DNA of 64,000 nucleotides from Nanobdellota archaeon (GTDB lineage: Archaea; Nanobdellota; Nanobdellia; Woesearchaeales; GW2011-AR4), in assembly GCA_038046385.1 (NCBI GenBank), contig JBBSWH010000006.1:125-64124 (forward strand), given 5' to 3'. Below, piece after piece: positions 61,981 to 64,000 of this stretch. Each line of letters begins with the position of its first letter. The first letter of the stretch is position 1. The notes beneath the pieces were generated by a model. That model worked only from the letters and a program-made list of their open reading frames with translations. It did not search any database and was not told where the DNA came from. The position numbers and the translations under genes were made by a program.

Positions 61981-62364
61981 ATGAAAGGCAAACTAGAAGG
62001 AATTGGAGGATGGTTGATTCTATTCCAAATAAGTTTGTGGTATAGTGTTTTAAACGTAGGATGGAGCTTATTTTCAGGAGTAATAGCTGCACCGCTTAGT
62101 GATTCAAGAGGTGGCTATTTATTAGTGTTTTTTGCATTTCTTTGTGTTACAGCAATTTCACTATTATTCTTTTATAAGAAAAAGAGATTTTTTGTTAAAT
62201 GGATGTTGATAAGCAGTTGGGCAGCCCTCCTAATTTTACTTTGGGTAAGATGGCCTATCCCTACTTATCTCCTCGGAGGCACTTTTGCATCGGCAGCCGT
62301 ATTGATAGTTATGAGCGCTTATCTATTAAGGTCTAATAGAGTAAAAAATACTTTTATTAATTGA
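61981..62364 (+). CDS. Small multi-pass membrane protein (DUF2569-like)
   Basis: GIGGWLILFQISLWYSVL N-terminal motif and four hydrophobic helices. Starts directly after the stop of the previous gene. Confidence 0.4.
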   Translation: MKGKLEGIGGWLILFQISLWYSVLNVGWSLFSGVIAAPLSDSRGGYLLVFFAFLCVTAISLLFFYKKKRFFVKWMLISSWAALLILLWVRWPIPTYLLGGTFASAAVLIVMSAYLLRSNRVKNTFIN

Positions 62365-62443
62365 GTTTTCTAAAACCTAACTAAAGTCAAACAGGATTAT
62401 TTCTAGCCCATTAAGAAGTAATTATGAAGATAGTCATCAAAAC

Positions 62444-62731
62444 TTATTCTTCGTCTTTTCCTTCTTTGTCAGCGCCTTCGTTGTATGAAGGAACTGCTGC
62501 CTTGCTGATAATCATGATATCGCCGATTGACTTAACAAGCTGGTTAGGCACGATGACTCCTTTTGCAGATCCAAGAACTTTGTTCAGGAATGAATTCTTT
62601 GTTGCCCTTACTCTCCAGCCAAATACTTTGTTTGAGGTCAATATTGACTCTTCAACATCCCCGAAGTACTCTCCGCTGTCTGTAAAGACTCGCATATCGT
62701 AAGTTTCACTTATTTTTTTCATTTTTAACAT
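62444..62731 (-). CDS. PRC-barrel domain protein
   Basis: MRVFTDSGEYFGDVEESILTSNKVFGWRV...GVIVPNQLVKSIGDIMIISK follows the PRC-barrel pattern. Acidic tail. Confidence 0.55.
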   Translation of the reverse strand: MLKMKKISETYDMRVFTDSGEYFGDVEESILTSNKVFGWRVRATKNSFLNKVLGSAKGVIVPNQLVKSIGDIMIISKAAVPSYNEGADKEGKDEE

Positions 62732-62872
62732 TTGGAATCACCTTTTGGTTTACTAAATTATCTTTTGCTGATTTTTTTATCTACTGGCTAGTATATAAAC
62801 TTTTTGGATGTATAGGTATTTTTAGGTTGTGCCGGCAAAGGGTTTTAAAAACAAAGTGAATTGCATAATACT

Positions 62873-63571
62873 ATGAACTACAAAAACGTAACATTTCTTG
62901 GAACGTCGCATATAGCAAAGCAGAGCCTGGATGAGGTAAAACACCATATAGAACAGGGGAAACCGGATATAGTTGCAATAGAGCTTGACAGGGCAAGATT
63001 GCCTGCCTTAATGAGCAAAACAAGGCCAAAAATAGAATTAAGGGTTATAAGGCATATTGGGCTAAAGGGATTTATTTTCTCTTTATTGGGAGCTTGGGCT
63101 GAAAAGAAGCTTGGAAAACTTGTGGGTGTTGCTCCTGGAAGCGAGATGAAGCAAGCCATATTGCTTGCAAGGAAGAACAAAATAGAGCTTGCTTTGGTTG
63201 ACCAGGACATTGCAATAACACTTCAAAGGCTGTCAAAAGCAATAACATGGAAAGAAAAATGGAACTTTGCTGCTGATGTTTTCAAGGCAATGTTTTCAGG
63301 GAAGAAAGAGATTGAATTTGATTTACGGACAGTGCCTGAGAAGACGATAATAAAAAAATTAACTTCAAAACTAAAAGAAAGATATCCTAATATCTACAAA
63401 GTGCTGATTGAAGAAAGGAATACAGTTATTGCCAATAATATAAAAAAATTGATGACGAAAAATCCAGATAAAAAAATACTTGTTATTCTTGGAGCAGGGC
63501 ATATTGATGAGGTTCTGGAATTGGTTAAAAGTGAAGGGCCTTCCATAAGCTTCAGCTTTTCTGTTGGGTAG
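62873..63571 (+). CDS. TraB/PrgY-family protein
   Basis: Track start 62861 is TTG and the first ATG is at 62873. FLGTSHIAKQS, PDIVAIELD and LGAGHIDEV motifs. Confidence 0.7.
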   Translation: MNYKNVTFLGTSHIAKQSLDEVKHHIEQGKPDIVAIELDRARLPALMSKTRPKIELRVIRHIGLKGFIFSLLGAWAEKKLGKLVGVAPGSEMKQAILLARKNKIELALVDQDIAITLQRLSKAITWKEKWNFAADVFKAMFSGKKEIEFDLRTVPEKTIIKKLTSKLKERYPNIYKVLIEERNTVIANNIKKLMTKNPDKKILVILGAGHIDEVLELVKSEGPSISFSFSVG

Positions 63572-63613
63572 TTTTTCGATATGTTTAAATAAAGAAAATT
63601 GAAATTATTTCCT

Positions 63614-64000
63614 ATGGCAGAGTTTGTTGACCTTAGGGATAAGATAAGCAAATACTATAAATTCACTCCTGCAGAATTCAGGGGGATTATAATATCAATC
63701 CTTGTTCTTGCTTTCATTATTTCTTTCAAAAACTGGGGGACTACAACATTCAACCCGGGGGAAGGGCTTTTCAACCTTTTTAACGCAATCCTCATTGTGG
63801 CGCTGTCTTTCCTTGTGCATGACGCAGGCCAGCGCATCTGGGGGCTTGCAATCGGCTACAGGGTAGAGTATAAGTTTTCTGCATTATGGCTAATGATAGC
63901 TGTAATTTTGGCTTTCATATCAAACGGATCATTATGGCTGATAATACCCGGCGGCTTTATGGTGCATCATCTTGCCGGCCACAGGCTTGGTTTTTTTAGA
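63614..64000 (+). CDS. Membrane protein, M50 (site-2 protease)-like with a degenerate metal site; 3' end beyond the window
   Basis: Manual translation MAEFVDLRDKISKYYKF...ALSFLVHDAGQRIWGLAIGYRVE... is open to the window end. HDAGQ sits where M50 proteases have HExxH. Confidence 0.4.
   Translation, partial: MAEFVDLRDKISKYYKFTPAEFRGIIISILVLAFIISFKNWGTTTFNPGEGLFNLFNAILIVALSFLVHDAGQRIWGLAIGYRVEYKFSALWLMIAVILAFISNGSLWLIIPGGFMVHHLAGHRLGFFR

Overview
AT-rich, gene-dense archaeal chromosome segment. No tools were run: all calls rest on the supplied ORF track, my own reading of both strands and remembered family motifs, so coordinates I counted by hand may be off by a base or so.

The archaeal assignment rests on aIF5B, aEF-1beta with its partner Zn-ribbon gene, TFS, PCNA, Trm1, Taw1, a class-I CCA-adding enzyme, aRNase J, RtcA, an SRP (7S) RNA, two intron-containing tRNAs, a presenilin-like protease, class-III-signal-peptide (type IV pilin-like) proteins and TATA boxes about 23-25 nt upstream of start codons (leaderless style). 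Small genes, frequent ATGA-type overlaps, sparse metabolism (only riboflavin end-steps, ThiL, NadK, Tmk, Dut) and many orphan secreted, membrane and coiled-coil proteins suggest a DPANN-like reduced archaeon. That lineage call is inference only. GyrA and ScpB are also present. No CRISPR array, rRNA gene, transposase or integrase was seen.

Most interesting observations:
1. Overlapping gene pair 17188-19738: an HD (RelA/SpoT-hydrolase-like) protein plus a protein with a RelA/SpoT-synthetase-like nucleotidyltransferase domain. This could be a split alarmone, toxSAS-like or nucleotide-signalling system and is unusual for archaea.
2. Two adjacent pilin-like genes share a 164-bp identical 5' module. 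Their heads differ: one carries a fibrinogen-like VYCDM..GGWT signature, the other a CBM-like jelly-roll.
3. In the SRP RNA the universal helix-8 motif GGAAGCAGC is split by a 21-nt hairpin-forming insert. A free-standing LAGLIDADG endonuclease gene lies just downstream.
4. A duplicated cassette pairs a tandem-HTH protein with a translationally coupled giant surface protein.
5. A three-gene operon encodes paralogous coiled-coil proteins. Short N- and C-terminal motifs are shared with other orphan proteins in the window.
6. Two families of intergenic repeats occur.
7. A glycosyltransferase gene is broken by an in-frame TAG and a C9 tract.
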